A stretch of DNA of 64,000 nt from Patescibacteria group bacterium (GTDB lineage Bacteria; Patescibacteriota; Patescibacteriia; UBA1558; UBA10009). The stretch lies in assembly GCA_018817315.1 (NCBI GenBank), contig JAHITV010000035.1, positions 22,473 to 86,472 of the forward strand. Reading direction: 5' to 3'. Every line of letters begins with the position of its first letter. Within the stretch, counting starts at the first letter, position 1. A program made the position numbers and the translations under genes. Under the pieces are notes generated by a model. The model saw nothing but the letters and a program-made list of their open reading frames with translations. It was not told the DNA's origin and made no database searches. Of the stretch, positions 1-9,428 are shown piece by piece.

Positions 1-767
1 TTAAGAATAATAAAGGACAAAAATTAATAGGAATTATCCATATCCCTGATAAAAATAAAAAGTATCCGGCGGTGATTATTTGCCACGGCTTTAAACAGAC
101 AAAGGAACAAATCATTCCTCTTGTTCTTTCGCGAAATTTAAGTGTCAATGGATTTGTTGTTTTACGTTTTGATTTTGCTAATTGGGGAGAAAGCGATGGA
201 CATTATTCTGATATGACCTTTAGCCAGGAAATAAAAGATGTTGATTATGCCACTAAATATTTATTAAAACAAAAATTTGTTGCTAAGAAAAAAATTGGCT
301 TGGCTGGTTTAAGTTTAGGCGGAGGAGTAACTTTGATTGCCTCGGCTAACAATCCTGAAATAGTAAAAACTGTTGTGGCTTTTTCACCAGCAGTAGATTT
401 TTATAAAATAATAACTAAGTATTTTGGGAAAAAAGATCAAATAGCAAAATGGAAGAAAGGTGGATACGCTTATATATATGACCAGGGGCGGGACATCTAC
501 TGGAAATTTAATCTCCCTTTTTACTATGACAGTCAAAAAACAAAAGCTTTAGATTATGTTGATAAAATCAAATGTCCTGTTTTAATGATTCAAGGAACAA
601 AGGATAATGCAGTCTCAATTTCTGATAATAAAAAATTTTATAACCTGCTAAAAGCGCCTAAAAAAATTTTACTGATTAAAGGCGGCGATCATCAATATCG
701 CCAGATTAATGCTTTAAACAAGGCAATTATAGAAGCCACTAATTGGTTCAAAAAACATTTGGTCTAA
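1..767 (+). CDS. alpha/beta hydrolase (dienelactone hydrolase-like), 5' end truncated by window edge
   Basis: ORF-track frame remains open back to nt 3 (KNNKGQKLIGIIHIPDKNKKYPAVIICHGF...). Nucleophile elbow GLAGLSLGGG (GxSxG), a conserved D and a C-terminal GGDH motif are typical of DLH/S9-type alpha/beta hydrolases. Confidence 0.6.
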   Translation, partial: KNNKGQKLIGIIHIPDKNKKYPAVIICHGFKQTKEQIIPLVLSRNLSVNGFVVLRFDFANWGESDGHYSDMTFSQEIKDVDYATKYLLKQKFVAKKKIGLAGLSLGGGVTLIASANNPEIVKTVVAFSPAVDFYKIITKYFGKKDQIAKWKKGGYAYIYDQGRDIYWKFNLPFYYDSQKTKALDYVDKIKCPVLMIQGTKDNAVSISDNKKFYNLLKAPKKILLIKGGDHQYRQINALNKAIIEATNWFKKHLV

Positions 768-790
768 AGATTTATTTACCTATAATTATA

Positions 791-1183
791 ATGCAACAAC
801 TTCTTATTAAAACCACTACCGAAAAACAGGTTGTTGATATTACTGACCAAGTTAATGATTTAATCAAAAACATTAAAGAAGGTTGGTGTTATTTATTTCT
901 TACCCACACCACTGCCGCTCTTAGTACTGCCGATTTAGATCAAGGCACAGATCTGGATATGTTAAACGCTTTTAGAGAAATGATACCTAAACTTAATTAC
1001 CGCCATCCGCATAATCCAGAGCATATGCCTGACCATATTTTATCCTCTTTAATCGGCACTTCTTTGATTCTACCCATCAAAGACAATGAATTAATTTTAG
1101 GTAACTGGCAGCGGGTAGTTTTGTTTGAGTTTTCTGGTCCGCGTGAAAGACGAATTATAATAACTATTAACGAATCTAAATAA
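791..1183 (+). CDS. YjbQ/UPF0047 family protein (secondary thiamine-phosphate synthase-like)
   Basis: About 130 aa with the LTHTTAAL motif characteristic of UPF0047. Start chosen at an internal ATG (MQQLLIK) to avoid overlap with the upstream gene. Confidence 0.65.
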   Translation: MQQLLIKTTTEKQVVDITDQVNDLIKNIKEGWCYLFLTHTTAALSTADLDQGTDLDMLNAFREMIPKLNYRHPHNPEHMPDHILSSLIGTSLILPIKDNELILGNWQRVVLFEFSGPRERRIIITINESK

Positions 1184-1232
1184 ATTAGAATAAAAATGGT
1201 ATAATAATAATCTAAATCTTAAATCAAAACTT

Positions 1233-3242
1233 ATGAACAAAGAAATTAGTACTATCTGGGGAATTCTTATTCTCCTGGTTGTTGGCAGCCTTACCTTGCT
1301 TTATTTCACCTTAACCAGTCAACCGCTCACTTCTGACTTGGTGCAATTGAATAACTTGATAAACACAAAAATTTCTGATACTAGCGGAACAATAACCAAT
1401 TTTACTTCTGAACAGGATTTTAAAGATTATTTGGAAGCTACTCCCAGCTACTTATCAATGTTTGGCGGCATGGATCGCGTAGGCGGCGAAGTTGCCGCAT
1501 CCTTATTAGAAGAATCAATGGGTATGGGTACAGCTGATGATTCACTTCAAAAAACTACCACTGATTCAGTGGATAGGGTTTCTGAAACCAATGTCCAGGT
1601 CACAGGAATTGATGAGCCGGATATTGTTAAAACCGACGGCAAAGAAATATATTTTTCCTCACGTTATTACTATGATTATAGATGGGAAGGAGGGATTGGC
1701 TTGCCAGAAATGATTCTTCCCCCTCAAGAAACAAAAAATACTTTTGCCCTTAAAGCTTTTCCGCCAACTAATTTAGCAAAAGACGCAACTATTGATAAAT
1801 ATGGTGAACTGCTACTTAAAGATAATATTCTGATTATTTTTTCTGGAGATAAAATTTACGGCTATAATGTTAGCAATCCTAAAAACCCTATAGAAAAATG
1901 GATAGTAGAGCTTGACGATAGAAATCAGCTAATTGGAACAAGAATGTATCAGGATAAAATTTATCTGATTACCAGAATGGCCATTAACACGCCTCATCCC
2001 TGTCCTATAGAACCTTTAAAAATTGACGGACAATCTTTAACAGTAAGTTGCGTTGATATTTATCACCCTTCAATCAACATACCCGTAGATGTTACTTATA
2101 ATGTCAGTGTACTTGATCCCCGTGAAGGCAAAACCAGTGATAATATTTCCTTTGTAGGATCAGCAAATAATTCCGTAATTTATATGTCGGAAAACGCCAT
2201 TTACTCCACTTATTTTTATTCAGGTGATTTAATTAAATTCATTTTTAATTTTACCAGTCTTAATCAGGATATTTTCCCACCATGGTTAATTGATAAATTA
2301 AGCAAACTGCAAACTTATGATATCAGCGACAATGCAAAATTTACTGAACTTAGCTCAATTATGGAAAAATATTATAGCTCCCTGGATAGCGACGAACGTC
2401 TAAGAATAGAAAATGAATTAACCAATAGAATGCAGGATTATTCTAAAAAACATTTTCGAGAGCTGGAAAACACAGGCATTATTAAAATTAGCGTTGCAGG
2501 ATTAAAAATTTTAGCTAATGGCAGTATACCGGGCAAACTTTTAAATCAGTTTTCTTTGGATGAATATCAAAATCATTTAAGAATAGCTACCACTGTAGGC
2601 GGAAATTGGTTTGGTATAGGTATTGGCAACGGAACTACAGAAAGCGCCAATGATCTTTATGTCCTTGATGAAAACCTGAAATTGACCGGTGCTATTAAAG
2701 ATTTAGGATTAAGCGAAAGAATTTATTCAGCAAGGTTTATTGAAGATAAAGGATATCTAGTTACTTTCAGACGCATTGATCCGTTTTATGTGCTGGATTT
2801 ATCCAATCCCCAAAATCCCCAGTTAAAAGGAGAATTAAAAATTCCTGGTTATTCTTCGTATCTTCATCCTTTAGCTAAAAATAAGATCTTAGGCATTGGA
2901 GAAGAAAATAATAAAGTTAAAATATCTTTGTTTGATGTTACTTCTCCTGCTAATCCCATTGAAATATCTAAATATACTTTAAATGAATATTGGTCTGAAG
3001 TTTCTAGTACTCATCATGCTTTTTTGCAGGATGCCAAACATCAAGTTTTCTTTATGCCTGCCAGCCAAGGAGGTTATATTTTCTCCTATCAAGGAAATGA
3101 ATTAAAATTACAAAAAGCAATCAGTGATATTGTGGCTAAACGCGCTTTATATATTAATGATTATCTTTATATAGTTGGAGAAGATAAATTGGTTGTTTTA
3201 GATGAAACAAACTGGGAAAAAGTAAATCAATTAGAATATTAA
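1233..3242 (+). CDS. hypothetical secreted/membrane-anchored protein, possible beta-propeller fold
   Basis: N-terminal TM/signal anchor (ILILLVVGSLTLLYF). Long C-terminal region has repeated Gly/aromatic-rich beta-strand blocks reminiscent of COG4880-type beta-propeller proteins. Confidence 0.4.
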   Translation: MNKEISTIWGILILLVVGSLTLLYFTLTSQPLTSDLVQLNNLINTKISDTSGTITNFTSEQDFKDYLEATPSYLSMFGGMDRVGGEVAASLLEESMGMGTADDSLQKTTTDSVDRVSETNVQVTGIDEPDIVKTDGKEIYFSSRYYYDYRWEGGIGLPEMILPPQETKNTFALKAFPPTNLAKDATIDKYGELLLKDNILIIFSGDKIYGYNVSNPKNPIEKWIVELDDRNQLIGTRMYQDKIYLITRMAINTPHPCPIEPLKIDGQSLTVSCVDIYHPSINIPVDVTYNVSVLDPREGKTSDNISFVGSANNSVIYMSENAIYSTYFYSGDLIKFIFNFTSLNQDIFPPWLIDKLSKLQTYDISDNAKFTELSSIMEKYYSSLDSDERLRIENELTNRMQDYSKKHFRELENTGIIKISVAGLKILANGSIPGKLLNQFSLDEYQNHLRIATTVGGNWFGIGIGNGTTESANDLYVLDENLKLTGAIKDLGLSERIYSARFIEDKGYLVTFRRIDPFYVLDLSNPQNPQLKGELKIPGYSSYLHPLAKNKILGIGEENNKVKISLFDVTSPANPIEISKYTLNEYWSEVSSTHHAFLQDAKHQVFFMPASQGGYIFSYQGNELKLQKAISDIVAKRALYINDYLYIVGEDKLVVLDETNWEKVNQLEY

Positions 3243-3383
3243 TTAAGCTAAAATAAAAGTAGATCCAGAAAGGGTCTGCTTTTATTTAAATCAAGGAAGT
3301 TAAAATTTGATTGAAAATTTATTTTTAATATAATAAACTAATGTTGTCTAAATAATTAATAAATTGTATAATTAAATTAACTT

Positions 3384-4250
3384 ATGAAAGAAATTCGCAA
3401 AGCAGTTATACCAGTTGCTGGTTTTGGCACAAGGTTCTTACCAGCAACCAAAGCCCAGCCCAAAGAAATGTTGCCGATCGTTGATAAACCGGCTATTCAA
3501 TATATTGTAGAAGGTTGTGTGGCTGCTGGCATCAAAGATATAATCATTGTTACCAGTAGTAATAAACGGGCAGTGGAAGATCATTTTGATTATTCCTCGG
3601 AATTAGAAAAATGGTTGATAAAACAAAAAAAAATCAAACAATTACAGGAAATCAGAAGAATAGCTAAACTGGCCAACTTTATTTATATACGTCAAAAGGG
3701 TCACTTGGGAAATGGTACACCCGTCCTAAATGCCGAAGCAATTATTGGCAATGAACCTTTTGCTGTTTTTTGGGGAGATGAATTTTATCAAGGAAAAACT
3801 TCTTGGATTAAACAAATGATAAAAGTTTATCAGAAATATCATGACCCGGTTTTGGCAGTAACTAAAACAGATGCTGAAGGACAAAAAAGGTATGGCATTA
3901 TTGACGGCCTAGAAGTTGAAAAAAATATCTATCAGATAAAAAGGGTTGTCGAAAAACCCGGTCCCAAACTCGCTCCTTCAAAGTTAGCTATAATCGGCGG
4001 ACAAATTCTCACTCCTGATATTTTCCCTCTTTTGAAAAAATTGAAGCCAGGTAAAAATGGCGAGGTTTGGTTGGTTGATGCTATTCAGCAACTTAGCCAA
4101 AAAAGAACAATTTACGCTAAAAAGATTGAAGGTAAACTTTATGATGCAGGAAACTTAATGGGTTGGCTTAAAGCCAATATAGAATTGTCATTAACCCATC
4201 AAGATATTAAAGAAGAATTTAGAAAATATCTCAAAAAACTTAAAGTTTAG
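3384..4250 (+). CDS. galU: UTP--glucose-1-phosphate uridylyltransferase
   Basis: N-terminal IPVAGFGTRFLPATKAQPKEMLPIVDKP nucleotidyltransferase signature. About 288 aa, typical of GalU. Confidence 0.85.
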   Translation: MKEIRKAVIPVAGFGTRFLPATKAQPKEMLPIVDKPAIQYIVEGCVAAGIKDIIIVTSSNKRAVEDHFDYSSELEKWLIKQKKIKQLQEIRRIAKLANFIYIRQKGHLGNGTPVLNAEAIIGNEPFAVFWGDEFYQGKTSWIKQMIKVYQKYHDPVLAVTKTDAEGQKRYGIIDGLEVEKNIYQIKRVVEKPGPKLAPSKLAIIGGQILTPDIFPLLKKLKPGKNGEVWLVDAIQQLSQKRTIYAKKIEGKLYDAGNLMGWLKANIELSLTHQDIKEEFRKYLKKLKV

Positions 4251-4261
4251 ACCTTAATTTT

Positions 4262-5638
4262 ATGAACTTAATAAAACAAAAAAAGATAATCACTTTAGTT
4301 CTTATAGCGGTCCTAATAATGACTTCTGGTTTATCTTGTAAACTTTTGCCTACCAAAAAACCTCCTTTAAGTTTAACCAAACCTATTGAATTATCTTACT
4401 GGGGAGTGTGGGATAGCAGCGATGATTGGCAACCCCTAATTGATGATTTTAATATCATGCACCCTAACATTAAAATCATTTATAAAAAATTCAGGTATGC
4501 TGAATATGAACAAAAACTATTAGAAGCCTGGGCAGAAGACAGGGGGCCGGATATCTACAGTATTCCTGCTACTTGGCTAAAAAAGTATCAAGAAAGAATA
4601 ACTCCTATGCCCGCCAGTGTTAAATTATCTTTTCGGGAGGTTAAAAAAGTTTTGGGCAAAACCGAAATATCTGATGTCGTAAGACAACTGCCCACTTTTT
4701 CTTTAAATGACATTAAAAATAAATTTGTAGATGTAATTAATGATGATATTATTATGGATGGCCAGATTTATGGCCTACCTTTTAGTGTAGACACCTTAGT
4801 CCTTTATTATAACCGTGATATTTTGGATAGCAATGGCATAGCGGTCCCTCCTGGTAATTGGACTGAGCTTGCTGAAACTGTAAAAAAAATAACCAAAGTG
4901 GATAAAAATAATAACATTATCCAGTCAGCTATAGCTTTAGGCACAGCCAATAATGTCCCTCAAGCCTTTGATATTGTTTCTTTACTAATGATGCAAAACG
5001 GAACACAAATGATAAGCAGTACTGGTCAAGTTAATTTTCATTTATCTCCTACTAAAGAAAGAGATAATCTGCCCGGTCTGCAGGCTTTGCTCTTTTATAC
5101 TGATTTTGCCAACCCTATCAAGGAAGTATATTCTTGGAATGCAGAACAACTAAATGCTTTTGAAGCTTTTATTTCTGGAAAGTTAGCTATGCTTTATGGT
5201 TATTCCTATTATCTGCCCTTAATTAAAACTCAAGCGCCAAAACTGGATGTTGGCATTGCTCCTATGACCCAAATTCAAGGCGCTACCAACCCACTTAATT
5301 ACACTGATTACTGGGTAGAAACTGTTTCCCATAAAACTAAAAGTATTGATGCTAGTTGGGGCTTTTTAACTTTTGCTGCCAGTCAAAATGAAACAGAAAA
5401 ATACTTAGAAAAAACAAAAAAGCCAGCCGCTTTAAGAAATTTAATTACTAAACAAAGAGAAGATCCGGAAATCAGTGTCTTTGCCAACCAAACTTTATCA
5501 GCTACTCACTGGTATAAAGGTAAGGATATTCTAAAAGCAGAAGAAATATTTAAAGAGCTTATTGAGACTTTGCCCAACAGCGCTGAACCTACAAAATTAC
5601 TGGAATTAACTGCTAAAAAAATTAACTTAACTTTATAA
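4262..5638 (+). CDS. extracellular solute-binding protein (ABC transporter family 1 SBP-like)
   Basis: N-terminal signal anchor. YEQKLLEAWAEDRGPDIYS motif and overall length are typical of SBP_bac_1 sugar-binding proteins. Confidence 0.5.
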   Translation: MNLIKQKKIITLVLIAVLIMTSGLSCKLLPTKKPPLSLTKPIELSYWGVWDSSDDWQPLIDDFNIMHPNIKIIYKKFRYAEYEQKLLEAWAEDRGPDIYSIPATWLKKYQERITPMPASVKLSFREVKKVLGKTEISDVVRQLPTFSLNDIKNKFVDVINDDIIMDGQIYGLPFSVDTLVLYYNRDILDSNGIAVPPGNWTELAETVKKITKVDKNNNIIQSAIALGTANNVPQAFDIVSLLMMQNGTQMISSTGQVNFHLSPTKERDNLPGLQALLFYTDFANPIKEVYSWNAEQLNAFEAFISGKLAMLYGYSYYLPLIKTQAPKLDVGIAPMTQIQGATNPLNYTDYWVETVSHKTKSIDASWGFLTFAASQNETEKYLEKTKKPAALRNLITKQREDPEISVFANQTLSATHWYKGKDILKAEEIFKELIETLPNSAEPTKLLELTAKKINLTL

Positions 5639-6309
5639 TGAAACCTAAACCTTCCAGTCTTTTAATTTATTTTCTTATTCTAATTGGCTTGTTGTTTTTA
5701 CCACTGCTGGTTAAAGCGCAAATTTTACCTGCCTGCAGTACTACGGGTAATTGCGGAATCTGTGATTTTTTAGACACTTTTGTTAATATTATCCGTTGGG
5801 TATTGGGTGTGGTAGGAGGCCTGGCTTTATTACTGATGGTCTGGCACGCTTTTGGCTGGCTAACATCAGCAGGTAATGAAGAAAAAATAAAAACTTCGCG
5901 GCAAGGTATAGTACATACTATTTTAGGTGTGGTTATTATTTTAGTGGCCTGGCAGTTAGTTAATATTATTATTGTGCTGTTAGTAAGTCCGCAAGGTGGA
6001 AATGAAATTAAACTTTTTGGAAATAATGGCAAAATCTGGTACAGATACTGTAGTGAAGTAAATGAATGTATTGGCCGGGCAGATGGCAGTCCTTGTGGAG
6101 ATGGTTATTATTGTGAAAATCAAAGCTGTAATAACACCGGAGAAAGTGCTTGTAATTATTGGGCAACCTATAAGGATCCTGCTAAAATGGGCGGTACTAA
6201 TCCTTATGCTGAATACAGATGTTTAACTAAAGATCAATGTGATCCTTATGAAAATTTAGGTCCGGCTTACTGCCCAGGAACAGAAGAAAGCTGTTGTAAA
6301 CCCAAATAA
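5638..6309 (+). CDS. VirB2/TrbC-like pilin family protein, paralog 1, with Cys-rich N- and C-terminal extensions
   Basis: Signal peptide, then conserved two-helix core (ALLLMVWHAFGWLTSAGNEEKIKTSRQGIVHTILGVVIILVAW) shared with 8 downstream paralogs. C-terminal 90 aa contains about 16 Cys. ATG overlaps the upstream stop (TAATG). Confidence 0.55.
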   Translation: MKPKPSSLLIYFLILIGLLFLPLLVKAQILPACSTTGNCGICDFLDTFVNIIRWVLGVVGGLALLLMVWHAFGWLTSAGNEEKIKTSRQGIVHTILGVVIILVAWQLVNIIIVLLVSPQGGNEIKLFGNNGKIWYRYCSEVNECIGRADGSPCGDGYYCENQSCNNTGESACNYWATYKDPAKMGGTNPYAEYRCLTKDQCDPYENLGPAYCPGTEESCCKPK

Positions 6310-6343
6310 CTTAACCCATAAAATTATTTTAAACAAATCTTCT

Positions 6344-6727
6344 ATGAATTTATTTAAAAAAACAGTTGCTCTTATTATTTTTATTTTACTGTTTAATTTA
6401 TTAATCGGATATAATGCTAATTTGGTTTATGCGCAAAACACTAATGAATCTGGTACATATTTAGAAAATCCTTTGGGTTCAGAAAGTTTAACTGCCATTG
6501 ATATTTATGCCCGCCTTATTTATGCTTTTATGGGTTTTACTGGAATTTTAGCGTTAATTATGTTTATTCTTGGCGGTTTTCAGTGGATGACAGCCGGGGG
6601 TAATGCTGAAAAAATCAAAAAGGGCAGAGACACTTTAATTTGGGCTGTTTTGGGTCTAGTTATTATTTTTGCTAGTTACGCTATTCTTAGAGCTGTGTTT
6701 CAAACTTTACAATTTGGCGCAGGATAA
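6344..6727 (+). CDS. VirB2/TrbC-like pilin family protein, paralog 2
   Basis: Signal peptide plus core GGFQWMTAGGNAEKIKKGRDTLIWAVLGLVIIFASYAI. Confidence 0.6.
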   Translation: MNLFKKTVALIIFILLFNLLIGYNANLVYAQNTNESGTYLENPLGSESLTAIDIYARLIYAFMGFTGILALIMFILGGFQWMTAGGNAEKIKKGRDTLIWAVLGLVIIFASYAILRAVFQTLQFGAG

Positions 6728-6888
6728 ACTTATACCTAAAACTAGCTAAAAACAATCAATTATTGTATAATTATATTGATAAATTGGTTTCAAAGTTATC
6801 CACATTATTAATTAATAAATAAAATAATACACTGGAATTTTTATTCTTAAGTGAATATAATTTCCAAACGTGGAAGGGGGTGAAGACA

Positions 6889-7257
6889 ATGAAAAAATTT
6901 TTAACAAAGAAAAATTTAATTGCTCTGGCCGGAGGCCTGTTATGGGCAATCCCTCTAATGGTGGGAGCTCAAGCATCTTTAGGTATAGAGATTGGAGGTT
7001 CTACTGGTTTAGGTAGTCGTGATCTTAAAGAAACCATTGCTTCTGTTTTAAATGTACTTCTTGGTTTCTTGGGTATAATTGCAGTAATTGTTATCCTTCT
7101 AGGTGGTTTTAAATGGATGACAGCCGGGGGTAATGAAGATAAAGTAGCAGAAGCTAAAAAACTTTTAGGCGCGGGTATTATTGGCTTAATAATTATTCTA
7201 GCTGCCTATGCTATTGCTACTTATGTCATTAGTACCATTTCAACCGCCACTCAATAA
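6889..7257 (+). CDS. VirB2/TrbC-like pilin family protein, paralog 3
   Basis: Core GGFKWMTAGGNEDKVAEAKK. ATG at 6889 is preferred over the GTG at 6880 because a GAAGGGGG Shine-Dalgarno sits 6-10 nt upstream. Confidence 0.6.
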   Translation: MKKFLTKKNLIALAGGLLWAIPLMVGAQASLGIEIGGSTGLGSRDLKETIASVLNVLLGFLGIIAVIVILLGGFKWMTAGGNEDKVAEAKKLLGAGIIGLIIILAAYAIATYVISTISTATQ

Positions 7258-7399
7258 TCCCTGCTCCATAATAGTCAGCATTAATAACAAATTTTGTTAA
7301 ATTTACAATTTATACTATATCCCGTCCCGCCATTGGTATGGCGGGATAAGGCATAAATTGTAAGGATTATAAATTATTTATAATTTGAATCTTAAATTA

Positions 7400-7840
7400 A
7401 TGAGCTTTTTATTTAAAAAAAATAAATTATGGCAGTTGGGCTTTGTTGCCCTGTTTTTATTTTTAACCGCTTCTTTTTTATTGCCTTGTTCTCTTTTTGC
7501 TCAAGAAGCTCCGCCTCCTGCCAGTGCGGCCTTAGAAGGATTAGATTTAACTGCCCAAAAAGCTCAAATTAATACGGAAATTACTGCCACGCAAATGGTC
7601 GGTTATATTATAAACTTAATTCTAGGATTTTTAGGCGTTATCTTTTTGGTTTTGGTTATTTATGGCGGTTTTCAGTGGATGACAGCCGGCGGTAATGAGG
7701 AAAAAGTAAAAAAAGGACGTGACATGATTGTTCAAGCAGCTATTGGTCTGGCTATTATTCTCTTTGCTTTTGTTTTAACCAACTTTGTCATCTTCAGATT
7801 ACTTGGCATTGCTGTAGGAAATGGTTCTTCCCCTTATTAA
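7400..7840 (+). CDS. VirB2/TrbC-like pilin family protein, paralog 4
   Basis: Core GGFQWMTAGGNEEKVKKGRD. The ORF track begins at TTG 7385; the first ATG is at 7400. Confidence 0.55.
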   Translation: MSFLFKKNKLWQLGFVALFLFLTASFLLPCSLFAQEAPPPASAALEGLDLTAQKAQINTEITATQMVGYIINLILGFLGVIFLVLVIYGGFQWMTAGGNEEKVKKGRDMIVQAAIGLAIILFAFVLTNFVIFRLLGIAVGNGSSPY

Positions 7841-7849
7841 TTAAGAAAT

Positions 7850-8419
7850 ATGAAAATCAAAATCTTATTTGTAATAATTTTCTTTCTACTAGGATATTTC
7901 TTGTTCCCTAATTTATCTTTTGCTCAAAATATTGATGTTAGTGATACTTGCCCGCCTGGAATGTCTTTGCAGGACTGTATTAGAATGGGTTTAGGCCAAG
8001 TGGGTGATACCAGTGGTTATGGTCCGGCCGGACCCATAGAAGCCACTGCTATTTCCGAAAAAGTTGGTAATATTATTTCTTATGTTCTGGCTTTTTTAGG
8101 CGTTATCTTCTTGGTTATCACTGTTGCTTCTGGTATCCAATGGATGACAGCCGGCGGTAATGAGGAAGTGGTTAAAAAAGCGCGGACTAGACTGGTTAAT
8201 GCTACTGTGGGCTTAATTATTGTAGTAGCTGCCTATGCTATAACCTGGTTTGTAGTTACCAAACTTAGACAAAGTATTGATATAGGTGCTGGTTCTGGGT
8301 CTACCTCTTTGAGTTGTAGTGATCCCATTGACTGTGAAGGTACTAGTTGGGCTAATGAATGTTACAGTAGTGGTGGATCGGTTAATTGTATAGATAACTT
8401 TTGTGCATGTACTTATTAA
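7850..8419 (+). CDS. VirB2/TrbC-like pilin family protein, paralog 5, with Cys-rich C-terminal tail
   Basis: Core SGIQWMTAGGNEEVVKKARTRL. Tail CSDPIDCEGTSWANECYSSGGSVNCIDNFCACTY. Confidence 0.6.
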   Translation: MKIKILFVIIFFLLGYFLFPNLSFAQNIDVSDTCPPGMSLQDCIRMGLGQVGDTSGYGPAGPIEATAISEKVGNIISYVLAFLGVIFLVITVASGIQWMTAGGNEEVVKKARTRLVNATVGLIIVVAAYAITWFVVTKLRQSIDIGAGSGSTSLSCSDPIDCEGTSWANECYSSGGSVNCIDNFCACTY

Positions 8420-8441
8420 TAAAATATTATATTGGATATAA

Positions 8442-8807
8442 ATGAAAAAAATCTTCACAATCATTTTAATATTATTCTTTCTGTTTTTAAGCACTTCTTT
8501 TGTTTTAGCAGCTGATCCTTTGGAAGATAATCTTAAGGCAATCGGCCAAGGCGCTGATTATTCTACCAATGTTGGCGAGGAAACCATTCCTTCTTTTATT
8601 GGCCAAATGGTAGCTATTATCTTGGGTTTTATCGGCTCAATCTTTTTCATTATTGTTGTTTATTCTGGTATTCAGTGGATGACAGCCGGAGGTAATGAAG
8701 AAGTGGTTAAAAAATCACGTACCAGGTTAATTAATAGTATTATTGGACTGGCTATTACAACTGCTGCTTATTTTATTACCCAGCTAATCAGTAGAGCTTT
8801 TATCTAG
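8442..8807 (+). CDS. VirB2/TrbC-like pilin family protein, paralog 6
   Basis: Core SGIQWMTAGGNEEVVKKSRTRL. Shares a 20+ bp identical DNA stretch with paralog 5. Confidence 0.6.
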   Translation: MKKIFTIILILFFLFLSTSFVLAADPLEDNLKAIGQGADYSTNVGEETIPSFIGQMVAIILGFIGSIFFIIVVYSGIQWMTAGGNEEVVKKSRTRLINSIIGLAITTAAYFITQLISRAFI

Positions 8808-8830
8808 ATTATAAACTGCTTTTTAACTCC

Positions 8831-9418
8831 ATGAACAAACTTTCAACTAAGATAGGGCTATTGTTTCTGTCTGTATTAATACTTTTTTGTATTTTACCGA
8901 TAAATACACTGGCCCTAGATATTGATAAATATTCTGATATTATAGCTGAAAGAGGAGGTTATCAAACTGGCGGCGATGTTGAAACTTTTTTTGACACCTT
9001 TATAGGAAGAGTTATTGCTTATGTATTAGGATTTGTCGGCATAATCTTTTTGATTTTGATTATTATTTCCGGCTTTCAGTGGATGACAGCCGGAGGAAAT
9101 GAAGAAAAAGTCGGTATAGCCCGCAAACGGATAGTTAGCGCAGTAATTGGTTTATTTATTATCCTTGCCGCCTATCTTATAACTTATTTTGTCTACACTA
9201 CTATTAAAACTGCCAGCGAAGGGGGAACGCCAGCAAATTTACAAGAGGGCTTTGAATGTCAATATAATACTGATTGCACTGATCCTAGCGAACCTTACTG
9301 TCAGCATTTCCCTACCTGGAGTTTTTGCGCAAGATGTACAGAAGACAGCCATTGCGGACCAGGAGAACAATGTTGTACATCTTTAACTAGTAACTGGTGC
9401 GCTGGCTCTTGTAATTGA
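8831..9418 (+). CDS. VirB2/TrbC-like pilin family protein, paralog 7, with Cys-rich C-terminal tail
   Basis: Core SGFQWMTAGGNEEKVGIARKR. Tail CQYNTDCTDPSEPYCQHF...CARCTEDSHCGPGEQCCTSLTSNWCAGSCN. Confidence 0.6.
   Translation: MNKLSTKIGLLFLSVLILFCILPINTLALDIDKYSDIIAERGGYQTGGDVETFFDTFIGRVIAYVLGFVGIIFLILIIISGFQWMTAGGNEEKVGIARKRIVSAVIGLFIILAAYLITYFVYTTIKTASEGGTPANLQEGFECQYNTDCTDPSEPYCQHFPTWSFCARCTEDSHCGPGEQCCTSLTSNWCAGSCN
9024..9090 (+). repeat. 67-bp segment identical to 9628..9694 (inside paralog 7 core region)
   Basis: Direct read: tattaggatttgtcggcataatctttttgattttgattattatttccggctttcagtggatgacagc is identical in both genes. Confidence 0.85.
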
Positions 9419-9428
9419 TAATAATAAT

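Noticed and set aside
5667-6032. Antisense or internal ORFs from the six-frame track (5667..6032-, 8213..8494-, 9189..9386+, 14051..14242-, 19777..19980-, 27977..28183-, 31300..31515+, 32827..33054+, 37918..38157-, 45200..45388-, 46380..46685-, 47962..48168-, 48259..48471-, 50010..50207+, and 56489..56722-, 58043..58500-, 58910..59092-, 59453..59635-, 62363..62548+, 63219..63443- inside the giant gene).
   Set aside because: All lie inside or antisense to longer ORFs with clear homology-type motifs. Their low-complexity translations are typical of AT-rich shadow frames.
6798-6806. Perfect DnaA box TTATCCACA in the pilin-array spacer.
   Set aside because: It is an isolated single copy, more than 24 kb from dnaA. 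The origin is better placed at the dnaA/rpmH junction.
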